In this document: positions 45,715 to 55,057 of the stretch, piece by piece
How the letters are laid out: each line of letters begins with the position of its first letter
Numbering within the stretch: position 1 is the stretch's first letter
Source of the DNA: Acidobacteriaceae bacterium
GTDB taxonomy: Bacteria > Acidobacteriota > Terriglobia > Terriglobales > Acidobacteriaceae
Direction of reading: 5' to 3'
DNA: 64,000 nucleotides
NCBI GenBank assembly: GCA_030041305.1
Contig: JASHOC010000174.1
Location: forward strand, 789-64,788
Notes under the pieces: generated by a model
The model's database searches: none
The model's input: only the letters and a program-made list of their open reading frames with translations
What the model was told of the DNA's origin: nothing
Program-made: the position numbers and the translations under genes

Positions 45715-46665
45715 TCACGCCAGCACCTGGCGCAGGACGCCTTCAAGGTAGAGTTTTTCCTGGCGCACATCTTCAATTTGCTGCGGGCCGGAGGTTTCGC
45801 GCTCGATGGTGACGGCGCCCGTGTAGTTGAGGCGGTGGAGTTTGGTGAAGACGGCGCGGAAATCGACGAGGCCCTTGCCGATGAGAACTTCTTTTCCGAA
45901 TTGATCCGGGTCGGTGGGCCAACGGCCGTCTTTCGCGTGGATGCTGCGAATGTGCGGACCGAGGATGTCGATGGCGTCGACGGGGTTGGCTTTGCCATAG
46001 AGGATGAGGTTGGCGGTGTCGAGACCCACGCCGAGGTTGGGCATGGCCACGTCGCGGATCACACGCGAGGTGGTGGTAGGGGTTTCCTGGCCGGTTTCCA
46101 TAAGAAAGTCCTGGCCGTTGGCCTGGCAGTGCTGGGCGACGGTGCGGATGGCTTCAACGGAGCCGGGGTAGAGAGGGTCGGAGGGATTCTCGGGAATGAA
46201 GCCGCAGTGGGTTTGCACTTGATGGACGCCGAGCAGCACAGCGAAGTCGGAGGCTTGGCGGAGAGCGTCGATGCGAGCGGCGCGCGTGGCGGGCGGCACC
46301 AGGCCGAGGGTGGAAGGCCCGTGCAGGAAGTCCCACACGAGCGGCGGAGGGCCGACGACTTCTACCGCAGTGGCGACCACTTGATATTGCGCGAGGAGGC
46401 CGTTGAGTTGGGCCGCGAGGGAGGGAGTGAATTTGCCGATATAGCCGTCGAGAGAAAGAAAACAGGTGGACAAGCCCAGATCGTGAACGCGGCGGATGGT
46501 GGCTTCGGGCGCCCCGAAGGGGCTGATCACCAGGCCGAGCGCCAGGGGCTTGACGGCGGGCTGATTGGGCTGGGTATGGCTGGGCTGGGCCGGGGATTCG
46601 CCGGGAAGCAGAAACCCGGCAGCGGCGAGAGACGAGGCGGCAGTGCAAAATGCGCGGCGATCCAT
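45715..46665 (-). CDS. Tat-exported xylose-isomerase-like TIM-barrel protein (sugar phosphate isomerase/epimerase family)
   Basis: Twin-arginine signal 'MDRRAFCTAASSLAAAGFLL'. 'HCGFIPE', 'FLMETGQE', 'VGLDTANLILYG' and 'IHAKDG' resemble AP_endonuc_2 metal-site blocks. Confidence 0.75.
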   Translation of the reverse strand: MDRRAFCTAASSLAAAGFLLPGESPAQPSHTQPNQPAVKPLALGLVISPFGAPEATIRRVHDLGLSTCFLSLDGYIGKFTPSLAAQLNGLLAQYQVVATAVEVVGPPPLVWDFLHGPSTLGLVPPATRAARIDALRQASDFAVLLGVHQVQTHCGFIPENPSDPLYPGSVEAIRTVAQHCQANGQDFLMETGQETPTTTSRVIRDVAMPNLGVGLDTANLILYGKANPVDAIDILGPHIRSIHAKDGRWPTDPDQFGKEVLIGKGLVDFRAVFTKLHRLNYTGAVTIERETSGPQQIEDVRQEKLYLEGVLRQVLA

Positions 46666-47038
46666 GGATAAGACTCCCGGCGAGTGACGCGCGTAGCAGA
46701 CTGGTCGAAGATCGAGTTTCCAGTAGGCTCGTCCTTCAACGGCTAAAGTCGCAGGCTGCTGAGCATCAATTGGGCCTACTGCCTAATGTAGTCCCGCAGG
46801 CGGGTTTGCGAACAGCCCATTCCACTAAGAAAATCTCATCGGAAGACGCGGCTGGCCATGAGAATCCCCTTGACAACCGATGCCGAGTGGAAGACCGGCT
46901 ACAGCACTTCTCCTTCTGCTGTACGCCGAAGCCGGGAGATCAAGGGTCGATTCCCCCAAAGAATCGCTGCGTTCGATTGAGATTGCAAAGGCTGCATGGG
47001 AAGGAGAAGTGCGCTGGCGGCGCCGGGGCGCTGGACGC

Positions 47039-49312
47039 CTAGGCATCCAGACCTTGCACCTTACCGCGCAACACGGTGACGGAACATTTGGGTAACGTAA
47101 CTTTGCCGGTTTGTTTCCATTCAATTTTGGAGGAGACGGGCGGGTTATCCGGTTCGGCAAGCGATTGCGCGCCGGCCGAATGCCAGACGTACTGATCCCT
47201 TCCGAATGTCACCATGTCCACCTCCCCGTCGAAGAAGGCGGCCCGCCCAGAGGCGCCCTCGAAAGCGATCTGCAAGTCATGGGGATTGTCTCGATCTTTG
47301 TTGACGAGCAGAAGCGCCCAGTCGCCGTCGGGCCGCCGAACCGCATAGGCGGTCACCAGCGCGTGACCTGCAGGGTCATGCACGGCGCCGCGCACCCGGA
47401 ACAGGTGATGCAATCCGCTGCGATGCGTCACCCATTCGTTGTTGATCATACGGCCGGTATGGTAATTGGCCGTGAATTGATGAATTTGGAGATCCCTGTC
47501 GGCCACGTAGTTGCCATACGTCGCCCAGCCTCCGTGGCAGCCTGGACGAAGCGGCTCGGCCTGAATGGGCGAATGATAATAGGCCGATCCGCCATAGAGG
47601 AAGAATGATCCCACGCTGTCGGCCAGCCACAGCGCCGAAAAAATATCGGTCATGTAATTCGAGAGTTCGTACGTCAGCGCGCTCTCGGTGTTCATCAGGG
47701 GCACGTTCTGCGGCAGCCCGTCCTGCCGAAACGCATCGAGACAATTTCGCGTGAGATCCGGTTCGCGATAAAGTTCCGCCCAGGTGACCAGACATGGGTC
47801 GAACGGATAGTGCTCGAACGAAACAAAGGCCAGATCCTCAAGATGGTTATGCGACTTCAGATAATCCAGGAACCGCCCGAACCAGGAGGTGCGGTTCTCC
47901 GCGTCCGGCCACACCGAAATATCCTGGTTGATTCCCTGAAACACCGGTCCGCCCACCTTTGCCTCGGGAACCAGTCTGTGGATGGCGTCGGCAAATTGGA
48001 TGAAGAGCGCGGCGTAATCTTCAGGCATCATGTACTGGCCGTCGCATTCTTCTCCCATCTCAACCCAGCCGAGCGGATATCCGCGTTTTTTCAAATAGGC
48101 AATCTGATGCGCGGCGTCTTCGGGAGTGCTGAAGAGCACGGCGACGGGAATCATCGCCGGCAAATTGTTGGTGATGCCGCTGGTGAAAAAAAGGTCCATA
48201 CCGGTCTGGTCGCGCACCTTGTTGAGATCCGTGGCCGAGTGGTATGGATCGGTCGAAGAACAGTAAGTTGGGGTTTGCGTCGAGTCGGGCGAGTGTCGCA
48301 CCAGGTCGACGAAGGAGCCATCGTCGAGGAGCACGCCGGCGTACATCTGGTAAATCGCATAGCCCACTCGATGCCGCACGTCGTCCGCTCCGTGCGGGCC
48401 CGGCCGATTGGACGATTGCGTCATGACCACGCGAATCCAACGGGTCGAGACCGGCTGGTCGGCCAACTTGATTGTCGCCGCCCCGCCTTGGCCATCGCGT
48501 ATCCCTCCATTGGGAAAACTGTTCCATCGCCCACTGGCCTGCTGGCTCACGCCCAGGCCTAACTCGGGCGAGTACTGCGCCTCCCAATTCATGGGATCGA
48601 CGCCGGTCCAATACTGCACTTCATACGCGCGCGCGCTTGGCTCGCACCAGTCAATGCGCAAGGCGTTGATCTGTTGCCAGGTCAACATATCCAGAATGAT
48701 CCATTGCGGATGCAGCGCGTCGTCTTCGCCAGTAAATTCCTTGGTGAGGTAGGGATTGCTCTTCCAGAAAGTGGTCGGATCCCCATCCGTTATTCGTCCG
48801 AAGCCGTTGCCAGAGCCGCCATCTGCCGTGGTGCCGCGATGCGGCAACGGATACCCAAACGAATCGTGAATGAACCCGGCAGGCTCGGCGTCTCCCACAA
48901 AATAGCCTCTCTGCTGCGCAGCGTCGCTCCACGTTCCGTTGCTGTTCCAGTGCCATGCCTCAATCGCAAGCTCGGTGTGGTTGCGATACGTGATCGGCCC
49001 CCAGCCCGCCGAAAGCCATTGCCGCACCATCTCCGGCGTGTAAATCTTCTCGACGACCGGGACCGACAACTCATCCATGGAAGAACCGAGGCTCTGATCC
49101 GGATCGAAGCTGTTGACAGCCTTGCTCGCGTCCACGCGCAGCAAGGTGACAGGAGATGGGGTGGGACCGCCGTCCTGGCCAGAAGCAGTGACTCGGCGGC
49201 CGGTAACGATTGACAGCGCCGCGACCCCGGCTGATTGCCCAAGGAATTTCCGCCGCGAGATTCCCCGCGCGCGGTCTTGCATCGGTGGATTCATTTGCCC
49301 TTCCACTGCCAC
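47039..49312 (-). CDS. Tat-exported discoidin (F5/8 type C) domain protein with large C-terminal glycoside-hydrolase-like region
   Basis: Signal 'ISRRKFLGQSAGVAALSIV'. 'RITDGDPTTFWKSNPYL...HPQWIILDMLTWQQINALRIDWCEPSARAYEVQYW' is a classic F5/8C pattern. The catalytic family was not identified. Confidence 0.6.
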   Translation of the reverse strand: MAVEGQMNPPMQDRARGISRRKFLGQSAGVAALSIVTGRRVTASGQDGGPTPSPVTLLRVDASKAVNSFDPDQSLGSSMDELSVPVVEKIYTPEMVRQWLSAGWGPITYRNHTELAIEAWHWNSNGTWSDAAQQRGYFVGDAEPAGFIHDSFGYPLPHRGTTADGGSGNGFGRITDGDPTTFWKSNPYLTKEFTGEDDALHPQWIILDMLTWQQINALRIDWCEPSARAYEVQYWTGVDPMNWEAQYSPELGLGVSQQASGRWNSFPNGGIRDGQGGAATIKLADQPVSTRWIRVVMTQSSNRPGPHGADDVRHRVGYAIYQMYAGVLLDDGSFVDLVRHSPDSTQTPTYCSSTDPYHSATDLNKVRDQTGMDLFFTSGITNNLPAMIPVAVLFSTPEDAAHQIAYLKKRGYPLGWVEMGEECDGQYMMPEDYAALFIQFADAIHRLVPEAKVGGPVFQGINQDISVWPDAENRTSWFGRFLDYLKSHNHLEDLAFVSFEHYPFDPCLVTWAELYREPDLTRNCLDAFRQDGLPQNVPLMNTESALTYELSNYMTDIFSALWLADSVGSFFLYGGSAYYHSPIQAEPLRPGCHGGWATYGNYVADRDLQIHQFTANYHTGRMINNEWVTHRSGLHHLFRVRGAVHDPAGHALVTAYAVRRPDGDWALLLVNKDRDNPHDLQIAFEGASGRAAFFDGEVDMVTFGRDQYVWHSAGAQSLAEPDNPPVSSKIEWKQTGKVTLPKCSVTVLRGKVQGLDA

Positions 49313-49316
49313 AGTT

Positions 49317-52300
49317 CTAAAAAGTGAAGCGGGCCTCGAAGCTCATCTGCCGCGGATTGTTGGCTTGATTCGTGATCTGTCCGAAACCGGCCTGATCGCT
49401 GTCATTCGGCTGTTGCCCGAAATTTTCCGGCGACCAGAAGACATTCGGGTACGCAAACTGCACAGAGTTGGTCAAGTTGTAGGTTTCGGCGCGCACCATC
49501 AAGTCTCTGTGCTCGCCAAATTTGAAATGCTTGGCCAGCGAGAGATCGAGGTTATGCGTACCGTCGGTTCGGATGCCGGGCAGAATCGGCCCGGCCGTCC
49601 CCGGAGCAAACTGATTGGTGGGCTCCGACAGGCAGGTGTAATTGAACCATTCATTGACGTCCTTCGGTGCGCCGCTTCCGCAATTGTTACTGGCGAGGTT
49701 TGGCCGCTGGTTGAAAAACGGATCGAGCGTGCCGTTGGGGGTGGCAATGGGCTGGCCATCGGCGAAGCTGGTGACCGTGCTCAGCGCCCATCCGCCAAAG
49801 GCCTCGTCGCTCCAGCCGTGCAAATTTACCAGGCGATTGGCGCCGATGGGGAGATCATACGAGAGCTCCCAGGTGAAGAAAAACGCGATGTCCTGGGTGC
49901 TGAGTGCGCGCTCCAGGTTCAAGTTCTTAAAATCCTGGGGCACGGCGAGGTTGTTGCCGTTGAAGGCCAACGAGCCGGAGTCATCGTTGTTGATCAGTTT
50001 GCCCCACGTAAACGAGGCCAGCGTGGTAAAGCCGTGACTCAGGCGCTTTTCAAGCTTGGACTGCAGGGAGTGGTAGATCGAATCTCCCAGCGTGTCGCCC
50101 CAATCGAGCACCCCGCTCCCGGATTCAGGGCTGCCATACGAGAACTGCGGATACTCCTCAAGCGTCACGAATTGCGGAACCATGGCCGCGCCATACCACG
50201 GCGCGTCGGGATTGGTGATGGCGTTGACGTCAGGGTAGGAAACCATATTCAAAAGGTTGTTCCCGTATTGCGCGATCTGCTGCAGTGGAAGCTGGTTCAG
50301 GTCGGGCGCGTTGTTGCTGAAGGTCAGGTGCAGCCCGCGGCTGCCCACCCAGGCGACAGACAATATGGTTTGGTGCGGGAATTCATACTGGACGCCGAAA
50401 TTGAAATTGTAGGTGGTCATATCCGGCGCAATATGCGGCACGAAATTCAAGCCGAGCCCAAGATTTGTTTCCGCTCCCAGAGATCCTTTCGTCGGCTCGA
50501 CAATGCCGTTCGGAAACGGGTTCGAGAGCGTGTTTACGGGCACGGCATAGGTGTTCGTCGAGTCCAGTTGCGACGCCAGCCAGGTGGTCTCGGCGTTGAA
50601 AGAATCGTCGTTGAACTGATTGATCGATGACATGTGGACGCTGGGGCCATAGGAGATGCCGAAGCCGCCGCGCACCACGGCGTGCGGGGTAACCAGGTAG
50701 GTGAGACCGAAACGCGGGGCGAAATCACGGAAATTCGTCACAAATGGGCTGCGAGGATTCCCGTGGCCTGAAAAAACCTCGCCGCCAGTCAGATTCACGC
50801 CGTTGACGGCATAGGCCAGCGTGGGATCGAAATACTCCATGCGGTTAAATCGTTCTGTCGCTCCCGGGAAAACGTCCCAGCGCAGACCGGCATTGATGGT
50901 CAGTTTCTGTGTAGCGTGCCAATCGTCCTGGATGAACAACGCGCTGTAGGGATTGCTGTTGGCGCCGAAGATGTCGGTGGACCAGTTGGGTATACCGGGC
51001 AAGTTGCTCTGATTGAGTGAGCCAACGCCGATGAGGAACGATGCGAAGGCGTCGCCGTTGCCGGCGCCTCCGCCGTTCACGCCGTCGTTCGAGGTGGCGT
51101 CCGGAGCGAAGAGGTACGCGCCGTCCGGCGCCAGTGTCTGGCCCACGTTCATGAACTGTTTCTGAAAATCCCATCCGAAGCTCAGGCTGTGTCTTCCCAG
51201 CACTTTGTTGAGCGTGACGCTGGTGTCGTAGTTGGTGACGGCGAACTTGAACACGGCGAATCCGGGCGTGCCAAGGCCGTACATGCTGCCGTCGCCGCTG
51301 AAGGCCATGTAAGGAATGGCAGGAAGAACTGAGGAGGAGGCCAGCGACTGCGCGAAGCCGAGTTGGGTCATGTTATAGCCCAATTGGCCTGCGGGCACGT
51401 CGTTTTCGTGGTGCCGGGTGCCGGAAGCGCGCACTTGCAACACGGTGTTGGGAGACAGCGTCCAATCATAGCCGATGAGCAGGTTGCCATCGTGGTCGTA
51501 ATTGTCTGACGCGGCGAAGAAATCGTTGTTGAAAAAGTTCGGAGAGGTGTTGTTCTCATAGTGCATGGAGATCCGGCCGAACAGGTGTTGGGCCGCTGTG
51601 ATGTTGTCGTCCAACCGGACGTCAAACCGTTGGTCGGTTTCCGGACTCGATCCGGCGGCGTAGAAATTATTGATGTGGTATATCCCTTGGCCGGTAATAT
51701 TGGGCGACGGCCAGTATTGAAGGTACTTTTGTGAAATGGAATTGATATATCCCTGTACATTATTGTTGGAAAAAGGCTGAGGACAAGGGGACGCCACTTG
51801 GCCTGTATTTGGGTTCTGCGGGCAATTCGCGGTGCCAAAGTTGAACGGGTTGTAAAGAGTAACACTGCTACCGTCGAAGAGGTCCCCCGAGAAATCACCG
51901 GTCTTCTCAGCAGCGGTGGGCACCGTCGCCGTCAGACTTGTGCCCGTGGCCTCCTGCGTACCCTCATAATCGCCGAAGAAGAAGAATTTGTCCTTCTTGA
52001 TGGGACCGCCGAAGGATCCGCCCCACTGGTAGCGGTGGTAATCCAAAATCGGAACCCCATTCAAATTGTTGAAATAGGTGTTGGCGTCCAGGCCATTGGG
52101 CCTGAACCACCCAAAGGCGTCGCCGTGGAAATTGTCGGTGCCGCTTTTGCTGACCAGGCTGATGACGCCGGCCGCTCCGGTTTGAACGCTGGCCGGGGTC
52201 GTATTTAGTTCCATCCTGAATTCCTCGACTGAATCCTCGGGTGGTTCGAGAGCCGGGATTACCACACCCTGGTTGTTTTCGCCAATCGTCAACGGGCTGC

Positions 52301-52901
52301 CGTCGAGGATGTAGTAAATGGTGCCCTGTTGCGCTCCGTTAATGGTGAAGATTGAAACCTGGTCGCGTTCGGAATCGATCGAGGTGATATTCCCGTCCTG
52401 AGGAATCACCCCCGGACTGAGCATCGCCAGTTGAAATACGTCGCGCTCGCTCAATGGGAGCCGGTCGATGACATCGCTGGTGATCAACTGGCCGGTGGTG
52501 CTGCTTGTAGTCGCGGTTATGTCTTCGGCCGCCGAGACGGTTACCGTCTCGGTCTGCGAACCCACCTTGAGGGCTACGTTCAGCGTTTCAGCCTGGTCCA
52601 CTGAAATCGTAAGCTGGTCCCGCACCGCTGTCTGGAACCCGGTTTGACTCACTACCATCCGGTAGGAACCGGGAATCAAACTAACAAACGAATAGAGTCC
52701 GGCGGCCGATGTCTTGCCATTCAACGCAACCCCGGTCGCAACGTTGGTCAGGGTCACGGACGCCCCGGGCACTATGGCCCCTGTTGCATCCGTCACCAAC
52801 CCGCTCAAAGATCCACGCCCCGCGACCTGCGCCGCAAGAGTCGCTGCACCTGCGGTCGCGATGATCGCGCCCACTGCAATTCCCAATATTGTCAACTTCA
52901 C
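49317..52901 (-). CDS. TonB-dependent outer-membrane receptor with N-terminal carboxypeptidase-regulatory-like domain
   Basis: GTG 52901 is preceded by GAGGAGGGAGG. Signal peptide, then 'GSLSGLVTDATGAIVPGASVTLTNVATG...YSFVSLIPGSYRMVV' (CarboxypepD_reg), a plug region 'IDRLPLSERDVFQLAMLSPGV', a ~1000-aa barrel, and a C-terminal '...SFEARFTF' with terminal Phe. Confidence 0.85.
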   Translation of the reverse strand: MKLTILGIAVGAIIATAGAATLAAQVAGRGSLSGLVTDATGAIVPGASVTLTNVATGVALNGKTSAAGLYSFVSLIPGSYRMVVSQTGFQTAVRDQLTISVDQAETLNVALKVGSQTETVTVSAAEDITATTSSTTGQLITSDVIDRLPLSERDVFQLAMLSPGVIPQDGNITSIDSERDQVSIFTINGAQQGTIYYILDGSPLTIGENNQGVVIPALEPPEDSVEEFRMELNTTPASVQTGAAGVISLVSKSGTDNFHGDAFGWFRPNGLDANTYFNNLNGVPILDYHRYQWGGSFGGPIKKDKFFFFGDYEGTQEATGTSLTATVPTAAEKTGDFSGDLFDGSSVTLYNPFNFGTANCPQNPNTGQVASPCPQPFSNNNVQGYINSISQKYLQYWPSPNITGQGIYHINNFYAAGSSPETDQRFDVRLDDNITAAQHLFGRISMHYENNTSPNFFNNDFFAASDNYDHDGNLLIGYDWTLSPNTVLQVRASGTRHHENDVPAGQLGYNMTQLGFAQSLASSSVLPAIPYMAFSGDGSMYGLGTPGFAVFKFAVTNYDTSVTLNKVLGRHSLSFGWDFQKQFMNVGQTLAPDGAYLFAPDATSNDGVNGGGAGNGDAFASFLIGVGSLNQSNLPGIPNWSTDIFGANSNPYSALFIQDDWHATQKLTINAGLRWDVFPGATERFNRMEYFDPTLAYAVNGVNLTGGEVFSGHGNPRSPFVTNFRDFAPRFGLTYLVTPHAVVRGGFGISYGPSVHMSSINQFNDDSFNAETTWLASQLDSTNTYAVPVNTLSNPFPNGIVEPTKGSLGAETNLGLGLNFVPHIAPDMTTYNFNFGVQYEFPHQTILSVAWVGSRGLHLTFSNNAPDLNQLPLQQIAQYGNNLLNMVSYPDVNAITNPDAPWYGAAMVPQFVTLEEYPQFSYGSPESGSGVLDWGDTLGDSIYHSLQSKLEKRLSHGFTTLASFTWGKLINNDDSGSLAFNGNNLAVPQDFKNLNLERALSTQDIAFFFTWELSYDLPIGANRLVNLHGWSDEAFGGWALSTVTSFADGQPIATPNGTLDPFFNQRPNLASNNCGSGAPKDVNEWFNYTCLSEPTNQFAPGTAGPILPGIRTDGTHNLDLSLAKHFKFGEHRDLMVRAETYNLTNSVQFAYPNVFWSPENFGQQPNDSDQAGFGQITNQANNPRQMSFEARFTF

Positions 52902-53250
52902 GCTCGCCTCCCTCCTCATCCGCCATGGTCGTTGGACGCCACACACTCCCTTGGCGGCGCGATTCCGCCGCATCGGATCCGGGGCTTGATTGAATTTCCC
53001 TGGGAAGCCTTCGTCACACCTTTTGTCCGGGCCTAGCCCACCCAAGCATAAAAAGGTTGTCTAGTGCTAGCATTTGGTTGACAATGTTGTGAAGCTTGTA
53101 ACGGCTCCTCTCCGATTCAAACAGGATTCAATCGTCCCGAGAAGTCATTGATTTAGAAGAAATTATCTTTGGCGCCCGCGCAAATGCCGGGCATCGTGCT
53201 GGATTTGAATCTACAAGCGGTCCGCGAATGTGTTTGTCCGTGGGTTGATC

Positions 53251-54471
53251 ATGGAGGAACGCTATTTGGATCAAAATTTAGCGTCCGAAGCTGTCCACGC
53301 CGAACTGGGGCGCATTCTGGCGAGCGCGGAATTCAAGACCAGCAAGCGCTGCCAGGACTTCCTACAGTTCGTCGTCGAACGCGCGCTCGTCGGATCGTCG
53401 GAGGATTTGAAAGAGCGCACCATCGGCATTGAAGTCTTCGGCCGGGCTCCCTCCTACAACACCGGAACCGACGGAATTGTGAGGATCAACGCCAGCGAAG
53501 TGCGGAAACGCCTGGCCATTTATTACGCCGACTCTTCCCGCTTGTGCGAATGCCGCATCGCGCTTCCGACCGGAAGCTACGTGCCTCAGTTCACGAAATG
53601 CGCCGCCAAACCGGCGGCCGCGGTAACGGACATTTCCCGCCTTCCGGAATCCGGCGCTCTCATGACGTTGGAATCGGGTCGGGCCGGATTGAAGGTTGCG
53701 CCCACCCCGGCGCCGGGTCCGAGGTTTCCTCGCGTCGTCACGGTATTCGCCGTCGCTGCTTTCCTCCTCGCGGCGGTTCTGGCCCTGCGATGGCTTCCCC
53801 TGCGCTCTTCGCCGACCATCGTCGACCAGTTTTGGCGACCGATGTTTCAGGGCAGGACCCCGATTATGATTGTCCCCGCCTACGTGCCGGCGTACGATCC
53901 AGCCACCACTCCTCCCAACGGTCAATTCACATTGATGACCGATCAATATGTCGGTGGCGGGGACCTCGTGGCTGCCGTTCAGATCTCCTCCATGCTCGTG
54001 CGTCTCGGTCATCCTTTCATTTTGCGCATGGGCGCCGATGTCTCGCTCGACGACCTTCGCAATACCCCCACCGTTCTGATTGGATACTCCACCACGCAAT
54101 GGAAAGACGTCACCAACAGGTTCCGCTATTACCTGGGATACGCCGGCCGCGCGATGGTTCGGGACTATGGCAAGCCCACCAACTGGTATCCTCGTGACGA
54201 GACACCGGAACTTCATGCCAGCGAGGATTACGCGATCGTCTCGCGGGCCTTCGATCCGGAAACGCATGCCATGCTCATCCTGGTCAGCGGCTGCTTACAA
54301 TATGGAACCGAAGGCGCCGCGCGATTGATTACCAACCCTGATCTTCTCGCCACCGCCTTTCGTAATGCGCCGAAGGACTGGCAGAAGAAAAATCTGCAGC
54401 TCGTCGTTCAGTTCGACGTGGTCGCGAACTCACCCGCATCTTCGCGGGTCGTCGCGTCGTATTACTGGTAG
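53251..54471 (+). CDS. Membrane-anchored one-component regulator candidate (N-terminal ToxR/CadC-like winged helix, 1 TM, periplasmic domain)
   Basis: 'SKRCQDFLQFVVERALVGSSEDLKERTIGIEVFGRAPSYNTGTDGIVRINASEVRKRLAIYY' follows the trans_reg_C-like pattern. The TM is 'VVTVFAVAAFLLAAVLAL', followed by a ~210-aa extracytoplasmic domain. It is divergent from the TonB-receptor gene. Confidence 0.45.
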   Translation: MEERYLDQNLASEAVHAELGRILASAEFKTSKRCQDFLQFVVERALVGSSEDLKERTIGIEVFGRAPSYNTGTDGIVRINASEVRKRLAIYYADSSRLCECRIALPTGSYVPQFTKCAAKPAAAVTDISRLPESGALMTLESGRAGLKVAPTPAPGPRFPRVVTVFAVAAFLLAAVLALRWLPLRSSPTIVDQFWRPMFQGRTPIMIVPAYVPAYDPATTPPNGQFTLMTDQYVGGGDLVAAVQISSMLVRLGHPFILRMGADVSLDDLRNTPTVLIGYSTTQWKDVTNRFRYYLGYAGRAMVRDYGKPTNWYPRDETPELHASEDYAIVSRAFDPETHAMLILVSGCLQYGTEGAARLITNPDLLATAFRNAPKDWQKKNLQLVVQFDVVANSPASSRVVASYYW

Positions 54472-54562
54472 CCGCGTCCCTTCACCACGCATTGCACATC
54501 GCTGCAGGCGAGACGGCAAGCACGCGTCTCCCGCCATGATCCATGCCGCGCCCCGCCGCGAA

Positions 54563-55012
54563 CTAGAACAATTTTGAGCTATCCAACAGGACAGTCACCG
54601 GCCCCTGGTTTACCAGCGACACCGACATCATGGCTTGGAACCGCCCGGTCTCACAGCGCACGCCGCGCTGACGAATCTGCGCAACGAAGCGCTCATAGAG
54701 CTCACGGGCGCGCTCGGGGCGGGCGGCCTCGTCAAAGGAAGGTCGCTTGCCGCGACGGACATCGCCGTAAAGGGTGAATTGCGAAACCGCGAGCACCGCC
54801 CCGTCGGCATCGGCCACGCTCCGGTTCATCTTGCCATCGGAGTCCTCAAAAATGCGCAGGCCGGCGATCTTCTCGGCGAGGTAGTCTGCATCGCCTTCGC
54901 CATCGTTTTGAGACACACCCAGCAGCACCAGCAGTCCCGGCCCGATCTCGCCAACCACCCGCCCCTCGACCGCGACCGAAGCTCTCGAGACGCGTTGGAC
55001 GACGGCGCGCAT
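54563..55012 (-). CDS. dtd: D-aminoacyl-tRNA deacylase
   Basis: '[15 protein letters not shown]...[10 protein letters not shown]...[17 protein letters not shown]' and 'SQFTLYGD' are canonical Dtd motifs. ATG 55012. Confidence 0.9.
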   Translation of the reverse strand: MRAVVQRVSRASVAVEGRVVGEIGPGLLVLLGVSQNDGEGDADYLAEKIAGLRIFEDSDGKMNRSVADADGAVLAVSQFTLYGDVRRGKRPSFDEAARPERARELYERFVAQIRQRGVRCETGRFQAMMSVSLVNQGPVTVLLDSSKLF

Positions 55013-55057
55013 GGCCGTTTCAGGGTAGCATGCCCGTCGCACCGAAGCGCACTCGGT

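Noticed and set aside
46870-46965. tRNA-like fragment ('GCCGAGTGGAAGACCGGC...ACAGCA-cttctccttc-TGCTGT...AAGGGTCGATTCCCCC') in the spacer between the discoidin and TIM-barrel genes
   Set aside because: I could not build a cloverleaf. The anticodon loop would be 10 nt, the T-loop starts with G, and no complementary acceptor stem exists. At best it is a decayed tRNA or att remnant; tRNAscan-SE or ARAGORN should be run to confirm.
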